Positions 7,613-10,259 of a DNA stretch of 10,259 nucleotides are shown one piece after another. The stretch lies in the UHGV virus genome UHGV-1653917. One strand, given 5' to 3'. A program made the translations under genes and the position numbers. The DNA comes from a virus. The notes under the pieces are model-generated. The model was not told the DNA's origin and did no database searches. It saw only the letters and a program-made list of their open reading frames with translations. Numbering within the stretch: the first letter of the stretch is position 1; each line of letters opens with the position of its first letter.

Positions 7613-8356
7613 ATGACAGAGACAGAATCAGCGATTCTGGCGCACGCCCGGCGATGTGCGCCAGCGGAGTCGTGCGGCTTCGTGGTAAGCACGCCGGAGG
7701 GGGAAAGATATTTCCCCTGCGTGAATATCTCCGGTGAGCCGGAGGCGTATTTCCGGATGGCTCCGGAGGACTGGCTGCAGGCAGAGATGCAGGGTGAGAT
7801 TGTGGCGCTGGTCCACAGCCACCCCGGTGGTCTGCCCTGGCTGAGTGAGGCTGACCGGCGGCTGCAGGTGCAGAGTGATTTGCCGTGGTTGCTGGTCTGC
7901 CGGGGGGCGATTCATAAGTTCCGCTGTGTGCCGCATCTCACCGGGCGGCGCTTTGAGCACGGGGTGACGGACTGTTACACGCTGTTCCGGGACGCTTACC
8001 ATCTGGCGGGGATTGAGATGCCGGACTTTCATCGTGAGGATGACTGGTGGCGTAACGGCCAGAATCTCTATCTTGATAATCTGGAGGCCACAGGGCTGTA
8101 TCAGGTGCCGTTGTCATCAGCACAACCGGGCGATGTGCTGCTGTGCTGTTTTGGTTCATCGGTGCCGAATCATGCCGCCATTTACTGTGGTGATGGCGAG
8201 CTGCTGCACCATATTCCTGAACAACTGAGCAAACGAGAGAGGTATACCGACAAATGGCAGCGACGCACACACTCCCTCTGGCGTCACCGGGCATGGCGCG
8301 CATCTGCCTTTACGGGGATTTACAACGATTTGGTCGCCGCATCGACCTTCGTGTGA
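7613..8356 (+). CDS. K: Tail tip assembly protein (lambda gpK) with JAB/MPN metalloprotease-like and NlpC/P60-like domains; long form 247 aa from ATG 7613, classical shorter form from ATG 7757
   Basis: The frame is open from 7571 to TGA at 8354-8356. ATG 7613 lies 5 nt after the L stop and has a weak SD; ATG 7757 (MAPEDWLQ..) has ggagg 11 nt upstream and gives the 199-aa product of the classical lambda annotation. The JAMM-like motif HSHPGGLPWLSEAD and a downstream Cys/His region (DCYTLF ... NHAAIYCGDGELLHH) are present. Confidence 0.85.
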   Translation: MTETESAILAHARRCAPAESCGFVVSTPEGERYFPCVNISGEPEAYFRMAPEDWLQAEMQGEIVALVHSHPGGLPWLSEADRRLQVQSDLPWLLVCRGAIHKFRCVPHLTGRRFEHGVTDCYTLFRDAYHLAGIEMPDFHREDDWWRNGQNLYLDNLEATGLYQVPLSSAQPGDVLLCCFGSSVPNHAAIYCGDGELLHHIPEQLSKRERYTDKWQRRTHSLWRHRAWRASAFTGIYNDLVAASTFV

Positions 8357-8925
8357 AAACGGGGGCTGAAGCCATCCGGGCGCTGGCCACACAGCTCCCG
8401 GCGTTTCGTCAGAAACTGAGCGACGGCTGGTATCAGGTACGGATTGCCGGGCGGGACGTCAGCACGTCCGGGTTAACGGCGCAGTTACATGAGACTCTGC
8501 CTGATGGCGCTGTGATTCATATTGTTCCCAGAGTCGCCGGGGCCAAGTCAGGTGGCGTATTCCAGATTGTCCTGGGGGCTGCCGCCATTGCCGGATCATT
8601 CTTTACCGCCGGAGCCACCCTTGCAGCATGGGGGGCAGCCATTGGGGCCGGTGGTATGACCGGCATCCTGTTTTCTCTCGGTGCCAGTATGGTGCTCGGT
8701 GGTGTGGCGCAGATGCTGGCACCGAAAGCCAGAACTCCCCGTACACAGACAACGGATAACGGCAAACAGAACACCTATTTCTCCTCACTGGATAACATGG
8801 TTGCCCAGGGCAATGTTCTGCCGGTTCTGTACGGTGAAATGCGCGTGGGGTCACGCGTGGTTTCTCAGGAGATCAGCACGGCAGACGAAGGGGATGGTGG
8901 TCAGGTTGTGGTGATTGGTCGCTGA
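8254..8925 (+). CDS. I: Tail tip assembly protein (lambda gpI), 223 aa
   Basis: ATG at 8254 preceded by gagagagg. It overlaps the 3' end of K by 103 nt in a different frame, as in lambda. The translation MAATHTLPLASPGMARICLYGDLQRF... followed by a Gly/Ala-rich hydrophobic segment matches lambda gpI. Confidence 0.92.
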   Translation: MAATHTLPLASPGMARICLYGDLQRFGRRIDLRVKTGAEAIRALATQLPAFRQKLSDGWYQVRIAGRDVSTSGLTAQLHETLPDGAVIHIVPRVAGAKSGGVFQIVLGAAAIAGSFFTAGATLAAWGAAIGAGGMTGILFSLGASMVLGGVAQMLAPKARTPRTQTTDNGKQNTYFSSLDNMVAQGNVLPVLYGEMRVGSRVVSQEISTADEGDGGQVVVIGR

Positions 8926-8943
8926 TGAAAAACGTTTTATGTG

Positions 8944-8966
8944 AAACCGCCTCCGGGCGGTTTTAT
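8944..8966 (+). terminator. Terminator-like hairpin between I and J
   Basis: aaaccgcc (8944-8951), loop tccg, ggcggttt (8956-8963) is followed by the T-rich run ttttatcgtttat. It is a perfect inverted repeat; function is inferred. Confidence 0.4.
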
Positions 8967-8985
8967 CGTTTATGGAGCATGACGA

Positions 8986-10259
8986 ATGGGTAAAGGCAGC
9001 AGTAAGGGGCATACCCCGCGCGAAGCGAAGGACAACCTGAAGTCCACGCAGCTGCTGAGTGTGATCGATGCCATCAGCGAAGGGCCGGTTGAAGGTCCGG
9101 TGGATGGATTAAAAAGCGTGCTGCTGAACAGTACGCCGGTGCTGGACAGTGAGGGGAATACCAATATATCCGGCGTCACGGTGGTGTTCCGGGCCGGTGA
9201 GCAGGAGCAGACTCCGCCGGAGGGATTTGAATCCTCCGGTTCCGAGACGGTGCTGGGTACGGAAGTGAAATATGACACGCCGATCACCCGCACCATCACG
9301 TCGGCAAACATCGACCGTCTGCGCTTTACCTTCGGTGTGCAGGCACTGGTGGAAACCACCTCAAAGGGGGACAGGAATCCATCGGAAGTCCGCCTGCTGG
9401 TTCAGATTCAACGTAACGGTGGCTGGGTGACGGAAAAAGACATCACCATTAAGGGCAAAACCACCTCGCAGTATCTGGCCTCGGTGGTGGTGGATAACCT
9501 GCCGCCGCGCCCGTTTAATATCCGGATGCGCAGAATGACGCCGGACAGCACCACAGACCAGCTGCAGAACAAAACGCTCTGGTCGTCATACACCGAAATC
9601 ATCGATGTGAAACAGTGCTACCCGAACACGGCACTGGTCGGCGTGCAGGTGGACTCGGAACAGTTCGGCAGCCAGCAGGTGAGCCGTAATTATCATCTTC
9701 GCGGGCGCATTCTGCAGGTGCCGTCGAACTATAACCCGCAGACGCGGCAATACAGCGGTATCTGGGACGGAACGTTTAAGCCAGCATACAGCAACAACAT
9801 GGCCTGGTGTCTGTGGGATATGCTGACCCATCCGCGCTACGGCATGGGGAAGCGTCTCGGTGCGGCGGATGTGGACAAATGGGCGCTGTATGTCATCGGC
9901 CAGAATTGCGACCAGTCGGTGCCGGATGGCTTTGGTGGCACGGAGCCGCGCATCACCTGTAATGCCTGGCTGACCACACAGCGCAAGGCGTGGGATGTTC
10001 TCAGTGATTTCTGCTCGGCGATGCGCTGTATGCCGGTATGGAACGGGCAGACGCTGACGTTCGTGCAGGACCGACCGTCGGATAAGGTGTGGACCTATAA
10101 CCGCAGTAATGTGGTGATGCCGGATGATGGTGCGCCGTTCCGCTACAGCTTCAGCGCCCTGAAAGACCGCCATAATGCTGTTGAGGTGAACTGGATTGAC
10201 CCGGATAACGGCTGGGAGACGGCGACAGAGCTTGTGGAGGACACGCAGGCCATTGCCCG
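8986..10259 (+). CDS. J: Tail tip / central fibre host-specificity protein (lambda gpJ), N-terminal about 424 aa; 3' end beyond the window
   Basis: ATG at 8986 preceded by ggag. The frame is open to the window end, which is why the ORF track does not list it. The translation MGKGSSKGHTPREAKDNLKSTQLLSVIDAISEGP... matches the lambda gpJ N-terminus as I recall it. Confidence 0.93.
   Translation, partial: MGKGSSKGHTPREAKDNLKSTQLLSVIDAISEGPVEGPVDGLKSVLLNSTPVLDSEGNTNISGVTVVFRAGEQEQTPPEGFESSGSETVLGTEVKYDTPITRTITSANIDRLRFTFGVQALVETTSKGDRNPSEVRLLVQIQRNGGWVTEKDITIKGKTTSQYLASVVVDNLPPRPFNIRMRRMTPDSTTDQLQNKTLWSSYTEIIDVKQCYPNTALVGVQVDSEQFGSQQVSRNYHLRGRILQVPSNYNPQTRQYSGIWDGTFKPAYSNNMAWCLWDMLTHPRYGMGKRLGAADVDKWALYVIGQNCDQSVPDGFGGTEPRITCNAWLTTQRKAWDVLSDFCSAMRCMPVWNGQTLTFVQDRPSDKVWTYNRSNVVMPDDGAPFRYSFSALKDRHNAVEVNWIDPDNGWETATELVEDTQAIA

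Larger units (their letters stand above)
1..10259 (+). mobile_element. Lambdoid phage/prophage late structural module (head completion through tail tip), partial at both ends
   Basis: Thirteen co-directional genes in the canonical lambda order E-FI-FII-Z-U-V-G/T-H-M-L-K-I-J, tightly packed with overlapping stop/start codons. Whether it is a free phage or an integrated prophage cannot be told from this window. Confidence 0.85.

Noticed and set aside
4581-7692. Long reverse-strand ORFs (4581-5159, 5065-5496, 5199-5729, 5675-6193, 6177-6626, 6536-6934, 6814-7692) antisense to H, M, L and K
   Set aside because: They lie entirely within confidently identified + strand genes in GC-rich DNA where antisense open frames arise by chance; the products are Arg/Pro/Ser-rich and low-complexity with no recognisable domains and no RBS signals.
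9586-10173. 195-aa reverse-strand ORF antisense to J
   Set aside because: Same reasoning: it is embedded in the lambda-like J coding sequence, has Arg/His-rich low-complexity composition, and no start context.
1-10259. A hidden defence system, moron, toxin-antitoxin pair, CRISPR array, tRNA or IS element
   Set aside because: Every stretch is accounted for by contiguous, overlapping structural genes in canonical order. The only intergenic gaps (675-725, 3177-3191, 8926-8985) are too short to encode anything but RBS or hairpin elements. No direct repeat arrays, tRNA-like cloverleaf candidates or terminal inverted repeats were seen.

Overview
This window is the late morphogenesis (head-to-tail) operon of a lambda-like siphovirus or prophage, all on the + strand and in lambda gene order: 3' part of major capsid gene E, then FI, FII, Z, U, V, G and the G-T frameshift product, H (tape measure), M, L, K, I, and the 5' part of J. 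Identifications rest on my recollection of the lambda proteins and on gene order, size and start/stop coupling; no database search was possible. From Z through J the proteins look nearly identical to lambda, whereas the E C-terminus, FI and most of FII look clearly diverged, suggesting a mosaic junction near the 3' end of FII. I found no tRNA, CRISPR array, IS element or defence-type cassette, and I see no evidence of a novel biological system here: this is one of the best-characterised gene clusters in biology. The points most worth a second look are the K reading frame, which stays open 144 nt upstream of the traditionally annotated start, the divergent FI allele, and two terminator-like hairpins inside the operon.
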